NCBI GenBank assembly: GCA_002633005.1
Contig: NMRA01000246.1
Location: 78,793 to 142,792, forward strand
Direction of reading: 5' to 3'
Source of the DNA: Phoronis australis
Lineage: Eukaryota; Animalia; Phoronida
Length of the DNA stretch: 64,000 nt
Shown: positions 1 to 13,000 of the stretch, one piece after another
How the letters are laid out: every line of letters starts with the position of its first letter
Numbering within the stretch: position 1 is the first letter of the stretch
Translations under genes and position numbers: made by a program
Notes under the pieces: generated by a model
The model's database searches: none
Told to the model about the DNA's origin: nothing
Seen by the model: the letters and a program-made list of their open reading frames with translations, nothing else

Positions 1-362
1 CAAACACAAGCTAAACGCAAGACAATCGAGTAACGGTCGTGACATCGTCAAGACAAGGTAAAAATTACAAACCCGTTATACCGATTCTCGGACTCGAGCC
101 TTATACAGTAGTAATCATCCGTTGAACGCTTTAGTGACACGGGAGTTGCGTCGATCCCAAATTACCGTATCTAAAATTTTCCTTGTCCGAAAGTCGCGGG
201 ACAAAATTCTGATGTTTATGACAATGTCCGAAATTCGAGGATCTTTGAAAAACAGTTTTTGGACCTTGTACGAATTTCGTGGACTATGAAAAACTCATTT
301 CGTAAATATTTATTCTTGGTCGAAAATGGCGGGCCGTCCGAAAATCACGCGACTTTACCGTA
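1..362. mobile_element. Right-hand part of a CpG-rich DNA-transposon-like repeat
   Basis: Repeated gtccgaaa/gtcgaaaa subterminal motifs ending gtccgaaaatcacgcgactttaccgta. The partner terminus is not visible. Confidence 0.4.
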
Positions 363-800
363 TTAAGAAGCCCCCAAGTGCCCTGCAGTATGGCCCTCCA
401 CTTGCTTGTTTTGTCTGGCATTCCTCAGCACATTTGATACTAGACCTGAGATTGGTTACCCCATCCTGCTGAATCATACCCTAAGTGAATTACATAACAG
501 CGTGTTATATAATGTTGTTACAGCCCACTGCACAGTTGTTGAACAGCATTAATTTCACTATTTCTTTATGTCCCCCTTTTGTTGACTTGTGTTTCTTCCT
601 GTTTGGTCATGATCCAGACCCTGAATGGTAGACACTTCACCAGTGTTATGTGGAGGAAATAGACTCTTATTGTCTGCCAACAGCACAGGTGTGTCTCTGG
701 GAACTACTAGATCCTTTTGAAACTTGTACTTGGAATTAGCAAACGATAACTTTCTGTTTTGAAATTGCCGAGTTCAATTTATATAGTTCGTTATTCTTGT

Positions 801-1018
801 TACAGTAAAATCTCATTGGGTGACAAATGAAATTTTACTGTCTCATTTTTACACGAATGATATAAAATATCAAATTGTTATGTTATCATGTTCAAGTTTT
901 ATATAGTTAAACAATGTTTTGAAAAGTTGTGGGCAATCACGACTGTATTGAAATCTCTGGAAAAATGATGAAAGGGCAATTTTAGTAATTATTTTTGTTC
1001 AAAATTGGTGAGATTTTT
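801..1018. mobile_element. Copy of the 19631-19868 MITE family (opposite orientation)
   Basis: Starts tacagtaaaatctca and ends aaaattggtgagattttt. The internal aaagggcaattttagtaattatttttgttc matches the reverse complement of ~19650-19680. Confidence 0.65.
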
Positions 1019-2033
1019 GCTTAGCTGGACTAATATTAACCAGATTTTGTTGTTGTGTACATAGCGCCAGTTAATGTGCCAATGTGCTGTCATGTTTAAT
1101 TGCTAAAGCTTTTTTAACCTGGTGATTGCCAGGTGAAATAATTTGCTATTCTTATAGCATACTGCCTTAATAACAGTCATTTGTGAGCGTATTTATCAAT
1201 TGTCACTCTTTGTCAATTGTCAGCTGCTGTAATGTGTCAGCTTCTTGATGAGGGAATATGTTACTTATTAATCTACCTTATGGTCCAATATGCCAGTTAC
1301 AAAACCATTAATAAACAAGTGGCCTGATCAATTGAAACCTTATTGATTGGTGGCCTGCGAGAGGTCCTTATTTCCATCCAGTGAAGTGCTTTATTTCCAG
1401 GTACACTCCCTCTCTCTATTGCTGTAGCAATTACTGTCAATCACTTATGCTCATACATTAATTAAAATAGATTTTTAGTCAGGTATATATCCCAGGGTGT
1501 GTTTTTGTCCAGCTCCCATAAAATCTGTCAATATCTTCTGCTAACAGATATGTAGCCTTGAAGTAATGTTTCCAGGAAGGACTTAAAAACTGTCACCTAT
1601 GATTGTTGTTCAAGTCCCAAATGCCAATGACCCTTAGGAGCTGGCCACACTCAAGATTGTAGGAATGTTGGAGTCTCAGGACTATAGGGCTATAAATGTC
1701 TAATCTATTATCCAAGAAGTGATATAGGTCCTGCATGTCTGACCATGCCTTGTAGTTAGAGGGACAAGAGATCAGTGTTTAGTGTCAGTTGAAGGACTAA
1801 GGCTTGTGTATCTGCAATTCTATGTAACTCTGCTTGGTCAAGTGCAGTAAAATTGAATTTGAGCCTTGTTGGGGAATAGTTAATCTCCGATAAGGAAATT
1901 GACGTTCACTGTGAGGTAATAAATTTTGTTTAATTTTAATTACCAAACATTGATCTCACTCACATGGATGAACATGTACATTTCTGGTGTATTCTCTGAG
2001 CTGTTGTTTTATCAGTCTCTTTTTTGATTTCAG

Positions 2034-2088
2034 AGTTGATTGGCCATGGACATAAAAAGATAAACATTAATTACCAAGATAATGACGG
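2034..2088 (+). CDS. CASKIN: Caskin-like gene, probable exon 2 (55 nt): (x)LIGHGHKKININYQDNDG
   Basis: Polypyrimidine tract tctcttttttgatttcag acceptor and GG|gtaagt donor. The peptide resembles the Caskin N-terminal KLLGSTKKINVNFQDPDG segment, and its phase-2 end joins the next exon in frame. Confidence 0.88.
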
Positions 2089-5000
2089 GTAAGTGATCCA
2101 CTGCTGATATGTAAATTGTCTATTTTGCAAACTTAAATACACAATGATTAAGGAGAGCCTGTGGGCATGCCTGATTTTCCTTCACCACTTCCGTGGTTTC
2201 GTATTCGCAACTGAAGTGCAGCAGTTGACATCAACATCATTGGAAGTCGTCGGAAATCTTTTATGAGTGCCACGATACGTGCTTGTCTGTAGTGAGCTAT
2301 CAGGTGTTTTGTTGTTACCTGGCTCACAATTAGGAGAAAATGCCATTGGTTTTACTCCAAGTTGTCCACAACTGAAAACCCAAACGTGCCGGAAATGCGC
2401 CAATGTCAACAAACGTGCCTGGAGTGCGCGGCGACTGACGTTCTCTGTAACACAAAAGTATACCTGCATTTGGAAGTCATCTCGAGTTCCCATTTCCATG
2501 TTTTGTTACCCCATGAAAACCAGTGTAAACAGCATTTGTTCAACTTGTAATAAAGGTTATGACACCTTTTTTACAATCATACGACAGTTCTTTAGGTATA
2601 AGCACTTAGCCATGTTTTTCACTTTTCAAAAAAAGCAAAGGTTTGTTTGTGTCATTCAATCATGTTGTTAATGTCACATTAAAACACACCGTGGAGAACG
2701 CAGGTACCAAAAATTATGGACAAATCGGAGAAGGTCAAGTGGGTGCGGGGGAGGCCCACCTTGCTTGGGCACTTACGTATTGTTATTTCAGTGGATGAAT
2801 ATTGAGTGCCCTCCCATGTGGGTCCATTGTCAGACCACTGTCTGTCCATTATTCAGAATGAGCCTGTGGTAATTAATTTCCAGTTGACAAATTCTCTGGT
2901 TTGAATATGCATCTAAACAACTCCTTGTTAGACTGATTCCAGTGGTTGCAACAATCTTGGTTTTTTTCTGTTGTCATTAACTTTTCCTCTATCACAGCAG
3001 CATGAGATAGATAACTTCCGTTCAATCAAAGAATGAGTGATCCTATCCACACTTATTTTATCCTTGCAACAGCTGACACGATATATTTACTGGCAGTGGC
3101 ACAGTTTGAATGTCTAGTTGTATTCAATGGAGTGATTGCACGCTCACCAGCATTGAACTTCTGAAAAGCTCGTTTCATGCTGTTACAGTCACAGTGCCAT
3201 TGAACAAGGAAAAGATCTCAGTTGCTAAAACAGCAATATCTAGACACTTACTTTCCAATATTGCTGTTGGCACCCTCACAAGTTACTACACAGTCACTAA
3301 AAATTTTACAAACCATTCGGTTGTGTTGGCTTTTAATTTCTAACTATTGAGAACTTGACAGCCCGTGGCTGTAATTTGGTTATGTGTGAAAAGGGTCTAG
3401 GTAAACTTAGAATTGAATCCTAGAAATGTGAGTCATGCTGTTTCGGTGACTTTGCGTACCTTTATGCCATTCTGGGTACATACTCTGTTTTGGTTTCACG
3501 GCCTAACCACAATTGTTGTCTGACTGCCATTTTGTTACTCTGTCAGCCATTGGAATTAATGTGTGCCGCGTATCTTTGACCAAGCATCGGTAACTTTTGA
3601 TCTCTTATATGCTGTTTCTAAAATCTGTGCTCGGTTTTATTGTTTCCTTGCTGGACTAATAGCCTTCACCCGTTTGACATTATACCTGATAAATATTTAT
3701 TCCTGGAACAACCGAGGAAAAGTACGACCCTGCCAGGTTCCACTCTAACCAGTTTAGAGTAGAAAGGTTTTTACAGCGCTACACTAGACGCTGTTTTTTA
3801 GTGAGTTGAGATCACTTTACATCCATTAACTGACCATTAGGCTTAGGAGTTGATTACCCCACGCCAGATTCATTTCACTGTCTGTCAGCTTTCCACCTGA
3901 ATGCCAGGGATTGTCATTTTTGTCGCTGGTGGCGGAAATATCGCACTAACATCTAATTTGTGTCAACCTGTGTTAGTAGCCCTGCTTATCCTGCTCCATA
4001 AGTGTTCAAGAATTTACCTTTGAAGTTGAACTAGCAAATAAAGTATTTTTAGGTTAAACTCTTTGAATAGGAAACCTTGATTCTGTGTACATTTTGTGTA
4101 CGTTACAGATTTCTCAATTGCTTTTTGACTCGATTGTTTTCCTTAAACAATTTTAATTGTTTAAGGAAAACAAAATGCAACACTGGACTTAAAAGTCCAA
4201 TGTTGCATTTTGTAGTTGTTAATACACTCAGGAGTAAAGCTAGTGTGATAACACTGTTTATATTGAATGCTTGGTGTTATCTTGACAAAACTTGGTAGTC
4301 TTGAGATTTTGCTTGGTTTTGTCTCATGAATGGCAACCCAGTTCTGTAAATCTATTCTATATGAAGATAGAATGTTTGAACTAGGTCTAGTTAGCAATCA
4401 ACAGTCCGAACAGTTTACTGAATCTGATTTTCTGAATGGAGAAATTGGCACTTCAAATGCTGAAATCAAGGCCTGCACTCCACTCCACAATGATGAACAG
4501 GACATGGTAATACTAGGCTTCATTCCGTTCGTGGGTTCGTGTATCAGTACAGAGAATAATACCCATCTGTGGGCATCTCCCTATATTTCTTCAGAGATTT
4601 CGAGCAAACTTTCATACATAAGCTTAGGAAGTGCAGCAGTCGACATCGTAGGCAATTTGCTATGTGACGGAATTTTCCTAAATTTTTGTTCACCCTTGTA
4701 TATAGATAGGCAAATGTTCTTCTGTGTGCAGCCCCCAACAGGGTCTTCTCTTCTATGACATTGCTGTCTGTGGTTGTCTTGTTCAGTATGGATTATGCAA
4801 CTACAGCATCCTGAATACAGATTTCACACTTCTTAAAATAGGTTGAGTAATTTCCAAGATTGAATGTCTGCTGCCCCCCTATCATTGGTATAAAAATGTA
4901 CTCTCTGTGGCTGCGCATAGACCCCTTCCTGTCTGATGACTCATCTGTGGCAGAAGTGTGGCAGAGGCTCTGTTTGGTAATTAAATCAGGTCTTAAGTAT

Positions 5001-6471
5001 ACAGGCTCCAGGACACCTGACATGTCAACAGCTGGGTACCACCCTAGTACTTGTCCCCAAGACTTCTCAAACCAAGTAGGCCACAAGCCAGTGCATCACA
5101 CTGGTCACGTGAGGTCACCTCAACTCTGCTGTTAGGATCCCACATACAGAGGGTAAATGAGATCAATTAGTGCCTCTGCAGGTACAAATTTGTACTTATT
5201 GGTTTTTCGCCCGTTGACATGTCACTTGATGTCCCCTTGCAGGAATAAAAATATTTAGGCAAGTCATGTTCGTTCCCATGTGTGGTGTGCAAATAGCTTG
5301 GTGTGGTACTTGACATTTGTCCTTTTTAAAGGTGAGCTGAATGGGCTCAGTAAAAGTGGACGTTGGCTCTGTCTTCTAAATTCTTCTGTAGCTTGTCTCC
5401 AAAGTCTTGTAACATCTTATGCTAAATGTTCCTTAATACATTGCCTGAGATTTTCCATTATCCTTGTAAAATATTAAGTTATGGCACAACGCAGTGTTTA
5501 TTTGTTAACTAATTAAGTCTGACTTTGCCCAGCCTCTTTAGTTGAAATATCTTGGTTCTATATGCTGAGAAGTCCTTTCTCAGTGCAATCTGTCTGCCAG
5601 TAGACAGGTAGCCTGTACTCAACAATCTCCATTATGTGCCACCTTTTAGTTGCACACTCCACAAAGTGACCTCAGTCACCCCTGGCAGGTGAGATAATGC
5701 CATGTAAGTTGCCTTTCAGCCAACCAGCCAGTGTAATACCTGCCTTGAGTACAACACATACCCAGCCCCTTCTGGTCAGTGGTTGACCATTGTCCACTAG
5801 TAGTGTCTACTGTTGGCCCCACAAGGCTTCTATTGCTATATTAGTGTAACTCATTCTTACATTGTTGGTACATTCTCTCTTGCTTTCCTTGCTTTCAGTC
5901 TTGAGCTAGGGGCATTTAAGCCTAATTGGATGGGTAAATACCTGCTAATAATGTTTTCTTTAGACAGATAATTCCACTTTTGTGTGCAGGCCATACTTCT
6001 CTGTTCCAGTCAAGATATTGTGCACAGTGTTAGGGATTAGGCCCACTTTGCCCTGAGGTCTTACTGAGAATATCATGAAAGCTCATGGTTGCATTGTGGG
6101 TCTATTCATTACTACTCTAATCAGTAAGCACTGGGTTGTCTAGATTTCTTTTCACTCACCTCTGCTTTCTGTCCAGGTATTTTAATATTACATTATGTAT
6201 CAAAATAATCAAGGGTTTGAGATGACAGTCCACACAGCTCTGGTGACAAGCCTCATAAGTGTGGGAACAAAAATTCCTCACTCTTCGCTGCAGGGCTTCT
6301 TAGGGAATTCCTGAGGTGCTAGTAGCTGAAAAGTCTTCTGTTGTTGTTATTTGCAAAGTGGCTAATATAACTTCTCATAAAATTTCGGGCTTTGTTTTCA
6401 TTCCCTGATTTTTCCATGTGGTTGCATTGGAAGTGGGGCGATGTTTCTGCACTTGGAACAGTTGCCATATA

Positions 6472-7233
6472 CAGTGGCGGATCTAGAATATCACAAGGGG
6501 GGGGCCCAACATTTTGTCCGGTTGGAACCATTTGCGCAAACTGAACCACGATTGTAGATGCGCATAGCACCGAATGGGGGGAGGTCGGGAGGGGGGCNNN
6601 NNNNNNNNNNNNNNNNNNNNNNNNNNNNNNNNNNNNNNNNNNNNNNNNNNNNNNNNNNNNNNNNNNNNNNNNNNNNNNNNNNNNNNNNNNNNNNNNNNNN
6701 NNNNNNNNNNNNNNNNNNNNNNNNNNNNNNNNNNNNNNNNNNNNNNNNNNNNNNNNNNNNNNNNNNNNNNNNNNNNNNNNNNNNNNNNNNNNNNNNNNNN
6801 NNNNNNNNNNNNNNNNNNNNNNNNNNNNNNNNNNNNNNNNNNNNNNNNNNNNNNNNNNNNNNNNNNNNNNNNNNNNNNNNNNNNNNNNNNNNNNNNNNNN
6901 NNNNNNNNNNNNNNNNNNNNNNNNNNNNNNNNNNNNNNNNNNNNNNNNNNNNNNNNNNNNNNNNNNNNNNNNNNNNNNNNNNNNNNNNNNNNNNNNNNNN
7001 NNNNNNNNNNNNNNNNNNNNNNNNNNNNNNNNNNNNNNNNNNNNNNNNNNNNNNNNNNNNNNNNNNNNNNNNNNNNNNNNCACATTTAAATCTTTTTTCA
7101 TCCGTATAATTTTAATTACCGGGGTTAATTAATAAACTCACCATTTCCCTACGCTCTTACTGTTTTATTTTTTTGCGGCAGCCAAGGGGGGGGGGCCCGG
7201 GCCCCCTGGGCCCCCCCCCTAAATCCGCCTATG
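6472..7233. mobile_element. MITE with CAGTGGCGGAT-type termini (hAT-like), interior gapped
   Basis: Left end cagtggcggatctag and right end ctaaatccgcctatg form an imperfect inverted repeat with G/C-run subterminal hairpins. N gap 6598-7080 lies inside. Only ATATA is shared on both flanks; there is no 8-bp TSD. Confidence 0.75.
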
Positions 7234-8249
7234 ATATATGTGGCTGTAATTCTCAATTTCACTCAGTTAAAGCCCTCTATAGTTATAGTTTATGGTAGAT
7301 TGACTTTGAAAAGACAAGTTTACTGGAAAGTTGGCTGTCTCTTGTTTCCATTATATTGTCTTGTTGAACCCATCCTTTCGGAAATTGGTCAAAATTTTTG
7401 ACAGCCGGAATCATTAGCGGAGCATTTCCTGTTAAACTAAATGTCTGATGATATTGTTTGACGCAAGTTTATTTTCCTGTGTGGTTGATGTCAGCTTTCT
7501 TATCCATGAGTTATCAAGCTGTAATTTTCTTTATTAATGCAAAAATCCAAATCAGTTTCAACATTGGTTTTGCTCTCGAATATTTTTAGTCCATGTGCAA
7601 ATGGAAGTTGTCAAATATATCTCTCACACGTCCTTTGTGCTGCACACATTGTCACTGGGATGGTACCTTATATGTTATTAGTCTGGGCCATCTGACTTTT
7701 TCGTTTTTGATTGATGAGAGCTTAAAGTTCAGATGATAATCAGTAGTTGTAGTAGTCTAAGAGAACATTTCATGTTGACTGAAACGTGAAATGTGTCATG
7801 GGTTCAGCTGTTCAGGAATGCCTTGCTCTAGTTGTATCAAGTGCACCTGTCCTCATCTGCATATGCTAAGACTGATAAGATACAAGTGGTCCACATAATG
7901 ACTTTGTTCTACACATTTAATCTTATTTATTAAAAGAGGTCAAATATTTGTTGCCTCCTATGATAAAAATGACTTATGGGTAATATACAACAAGACAAAC
8001 ATCTATAAAACTATTTTAAACCCAACTTTTTGGTCGTTGCTCTTTCTCAAAAGGTCCTTTCCCATACAGTTAACTTTGCTACTACCAAAGCTTCGACTGG
8101 TTTACCACGAAGTTAAGCGTTAGTGTTCCTCTCATCTGCTTTGCAGTTATTAGTCCTGTCCGCACAGCCTGCGCTAGAACAACTTGCACTATTGTAACTT
8201 ATCCCACTGCTAAGTGGAGCGTCCTCACACACACATATGCAATAACTAG

Positions 8250-8676
8250 AGTCCCGTTTACACATATACTTTTGGCCCGGCGTAACTGACACAGAGCAAA
8301 TTGATTGGTGTCAAGCATCCGTTTCTACACACAACTCACTAACTGTGGCTAGACGGAAATTGTAGGCTGGAGAGTGGATCAGACATGCGCAGGTTTACAA
8401 ATGACGGGAGTTGAAGAGACAGAGAACCCATATTTAGGTCATTACACAAACGCAGTAGAGATGATCCTTTCCGCCTTGCCCCAGTTTTGCATTTAGACAC
8501 AATTTACATGGAGCAGATGTTCTAGCACAAATTGCTCTACCTCTCAAACAGGTGGAAAAGTTGTCACCGCGGTGTCACTTTTCTCCAGTTCAGTCCCGTT
8601 TACACACATACTTGAGCTGGAACAACTCTTTCCGTGTCAGCTGATCTTTGTCAACTTTTGTAGTGTAAACGGCACT
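8250..8676. mobile_element. MITE, PIF/Harbinger-like termini
   Basis: TIRs agtcccgtttacac / gtgtaaacggcact, with an internal repeat of the TIR at ~8592. A homologous inverted copy lies at ~36115-36558. Confidence 0.7.
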
Positions 8677-9218
8677 TAAGGTAAGGCAAAAGTTGTGACT
8701 CTGTGCGTGACAATGAATACTTAATGCAAGTACGGCCTCAAAAGAAAACCAGAGTGTATGTAAGCGCAGCTGATAATTACTTCTTCCTTTGCCTCAGGTT
8801 TGCAGCCTCACAAGAATTAGAAGTGGCGCAAGTTCCCTAGAACAGGTTAACGTCACCTTGATAAGGTGGAGCAAGTTGTTTCAAATGGGGAAAGTTGCAC
8901 TTGTTTGATAAGACGAGTCTGTGTATGAACGGCTCAATGGTTCAGCCAAGTTATCGCGAGGTGGCACTAATATGACCTTTGGTGGTTTGATCTTGCTGTT
9001 TCTGACAGTGCTTGCCATCAGAATTGACAGGGACATTTCCGTCGCAAAATGGAAACTAGAACGTCAACTTCACAAGGCAGTCAGTGGTTGCCACGTTGGA
9101 ATGATGACTAGGTACTTTTAAAAACATTTAAAAATATTTGAATATTTGACTCTTGAGCAGGCTAACAGCTGGTCTAATCAAAGGCGGTATGGCGTGGAAC
9201 TCCTTTTACGTACACTAC

Positions 9219-10037
9219 CAAGGTACCTAAACTACACGCTTAACAGACTGCTAAACACGGTGTCGGACGCAAAAACACAACCCGCGTACCTGCAAACACC
9301 ATTTACTGACTCACGTACTCTCAATCAGACTCACAAAATAAACCATTCACCCAAAATCAAGGTCACGGACTTACATTCACAAAACACGGTACACGGACCG
9401 TCATACACGGTTCTCTCCGATAAATCATGTCAAATACACAGTCTTAGACTCATTGGCTTCCCAGGTAAGTAGAGCGAAATAGGGATTATTACTACGCAGA
9501 AAGGGAATTGATCAACCTTCACGTATTTGGCAACACCTCTGCCTACAAAAACTTAGTTTGAGTACAAAAATACAATTTTAGCCAACTTTCATAGGAGGCA
9601 AATATTTCAAGTCATGCTAAAATCAATGTTCTTTTTTCACTGCGCATCAACGTAATAGTAAACAGCTCACAAACATCAACATCAATAAATTGTAGAACAC
9701 GAGCAGTTTAAATAATGTTTATTGTTCCTAATTTACAACTATTACATCACATTAGAAACAGACATATGACCAAAATCATATATAATCTGACGCCCATTAC
9801 ACATCTGTCAAAGCGGACTTCTACATTTTATCTATTAACCGTGCTTGGCGGTCCATGTACCGTGTTTCTATGTGAATGTGAGTCAATGAACGTGTATTTT
9901 GGGTGAATGAATCGTGTTTTGTGAGTCCGATCCGGTGTACGTGATTCAGTGAATGGTCTTTGCATGTATGTGAATCGGTTTTTTTGCATCCGACACCGTG
10001 CTTGGCAGTTCGTTAGCCATGTAGTTTAGCCACCTTG
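9219..10037. mobile_element. Foldback-type element with ~200-bp imperfect inverted arms
   Basis: Arm 9219-9411 (caaggtacctaaactacacg..cacggtgtcggacgcaaaaa..acacggtacacggaccg) is the reverse complement of arm 9837-10037. Another terminus fragment gtagtcaaggtacctaaac is at ~10345. Confidence 0.8.
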
Positions 10038-13000
10038 ACTACACGTTCAGTAATTTTTTTAATGTAAGAATCCAGCAAATACGTAGATAAATTGAAACAA
10101 AATGCATATGCTGCCAAATTAATAATTATTTGACAAAGTATTAACAAATATTAACCAGTCACCGCTTTCTATTGGCTAAAGCCGGCAGTGACCCCTGTTG
10201 ATTATTCTTATGGCATCAAAGTTAAAGGGTTTCTGTTGTGTTGCTTCGGAGCCAGTGGGAAAGGCCTAATGGATGTGACAGACTACAGGACAAAATGAAT
10301 GTCAAGGTCACTCAAGATTGTCAAATTGACTTCCCTTTTGTCCAGTAGTCAAGGTACCTAAACAACATGGTCAGCAGACTCATATTGTGTCATTTTATCT
10401 GTAATGAATTGTATCTGGAAGAAACCCAGCAGTTGCATTCATGAACATAGTTACTACTTTATAAACAGTGAAAATTGCCTGTCTGAGTCTTGTATTTATG
10501 CCTGGCCTCACCAACACCTCTATGTGATGGCTAGACACCATGCATAGACTCTCAAAACACAACTAACACATTTAAAAACAGCTCATCAACTCACAAACAG
10601 CTCATTGACTGCTAAGCACACGGTGAACCGTATTCGAAAGTTTAAGCATGTTTTTTGGGTTACAAACTGTGTTTTGTGTGTTTTGCGCCATGATTATCAG
10701 TCTTGGAGCCTTGTTTGTGTGTTCGTGATGGATTTACTGGACTCTGGAACGTTGTTTCTACTACCTGAATTAATACGCCCTTGTTAGTTTTTGTAAACTT
10801 GATTTTGCCAAACAGAGAGTTGCTGCATTTATTTGTTAATGAAGTGTAATTTACTTTGTGTTGTTCTGTTTTGCTTGTGGTTTTGCTTGGGGCTATCTAT
10901 TTGGATTTAAACACAAATGTATTTTCCAACATCTTTGACTTTTGTGGTTTTTTTTGAAAAGAATCGGAGGACTCTTTATCTTGTTCACTTTAACCTTCTT
11001 ATAATGGTGTTTCACCTGCGCAAGATGGTCTGAGGCTCCTTCCGCTCCTTCATTTAACTTTAAATATACCACAGGCAGCTTTCCGCTCAATTTACTCCAA
11101 CTAGTCCAATTGAAGAAATTGACTTTGCTAGGTTATACAGGCAGCAGTGTAGTTTCCTGTTTTGTCTTCCATGCCACTTTTATGAAAAAGTTACATTTTC
11201 TAGGATAGGTAGAGTTGGTTTCAAGATTTTTAAGTGAAGGTTGAAAAGGTAAGTTTCTCGTTCATTAGTTTTAGAATGCGAGACTGGGCATCAGTGTGCA
11301 TTTTTGTCTTAGAAGAAATCAAACACTCCAGGAACTGTAAAACTGATGATCACTGGTCTGGTTTAGAGTTAGCTATTAGTCCTGACAATATGCACAATTT
11401 GGACAGTGGAAAAGATTGCGTTCTCAGAGCAATAATCACTTACAGAGGTCCTCAATTTTGAAAACCAGTTTGGTGTCTGTTGTTTAATGGCAAGAAGAAA
11501 CTAGTTTTCAAAATACGATGGTGGGGCCACTGTTAGTGATTGTTGTCTGACAAAATCAAGGTGCCAAGATTCAAAGGAAAGTGATTGTCATTTCACAGTA
11601 ACCTGAGCTTATGACATGCTTAAGCTTCATGTCTGATATTGATGGTGAATGAATAACTGAACAAATCTGTCAATAGCATGGTCAGATAGTAACAGATAGA
11701 GTCATGTTAGGCTGTCCTGGACATGTATGTTGATTGAACCATGACACCACACCTGTAATGCCCAGTATTTAGATCTAGTAGGCCCAGTCCATTTTTGTGT
11801 TCGTTACTGGTCAAGAATTGAAAGTTATTTTAGTGTCATGACTTGTTGACACAGTGTTGTCTGTAGGTGAGACCGAGACACGTCTGTTGAAAGGGCCCGC
11901 ATTCCTGGCACCCTCTCCGTTACCTGTACATTCCCACAGTCAATCATCACCACCGCCGGCCATTGTCCAACCTGTCAAAGTGATCCTTGTTGCCGCGCCT
12001 GATATGAAACACTGGGCCACCGAAATAACACTTCTTTGCATGGTGGGGTTGTGTTTAAAAATAAGCATCGCTTTTGTCGGCCAGGCCTTGAACCGTTGGT
12101 GCAATTTATAAGCCATCCATTTGACAGTGATTATTATTATAATGTGTAATATGGGCCTTGATAGGGGGTATTATCTATCTGGCGCTGTCTTTGTTGGTTA
12201 ATAATGCGTTAACAGCGCTGTAATGGGAGAAAAATGAGTCTAATGTAGCGAGGCTAAAGGTGACAACAAATAGAATGTTGTGAATGAAAATATGCCATGT
12301 AGGCTTTGACCCCTAGCCTCATGGTGAATTTGATTGTTTTACTTATGTGATATGTTTTGATTAAATATCAGTGCTAGTAGAGTTGATGTTATACTCACAT
12401 ATTCACCTGTTCTCCTTGTTATAATCTGCAACACTTGTAACTATAAACTCATTTGAAATCTGTTGTGATTGTTCCAGTTAGGTTTATTTTGGAGTATTTC
12501 ACCAATTTGTTCCAAGATAACATCATAATTATGTATGTCACAAATGTGATGCAACAAGGTCACGTTAAGTGCTTGTGCACTGACAGGTATATACATTCTT
12601 GCGCGCCACAGCGCTACCTCTTGGTTGAAAAAATTATGAAAGTTGCCTGAGGCCCTGTACAGTTGTCATCAATTTTGGGGGATCTCATTTTCTTTGATAG
12701 TGGAGTCACTGGAGTAGTCACTTAATGGACTACTGATGCAGTCATATTAAAGTCTTGTTTTGTTGTCTATGTTTCTTACATTAGTGAGTTGATTAATTGC
12801 TCATTTCTGGTTTGCTCATTAAGTTGTCAATGACCCTGACCTTTGTGAAGCATGTCTACTATGTGTGTCTGGGTATCTGTAATTCCAAAATGTTTTTGAT
12901 TTTTTAGTTGAAAATTTGTTTTACAGTCCCGCTGTTCCAAAAATGTCTGCACTTCAAACTATCCTTTGGTGGTATATCTCATCTCATGTTAGGGTTTATG

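Noticed and set aside
1-57. Open frame KHKLNARQSSNGRDIVKT ending at AG|gtaaaa, as a possible end of Caskin exon 1
   Set aside because: The donor is phase 2 while the exon at 2034 needs phase 1, so joining them gives an early stop. The segment also lies in a repeat-like block.
2182-2671. Overlapping 105/134-aa ORFs, one Cys-rich
   Set aside because: No recognisable domain. This CpG-rich intronic segment is more likely repeat-derived, and termini could not be defined.
6319-7109. Long ORFs in the track (also 45194-45567)
   Set aside because: They are artefacts of translating through N gaps.
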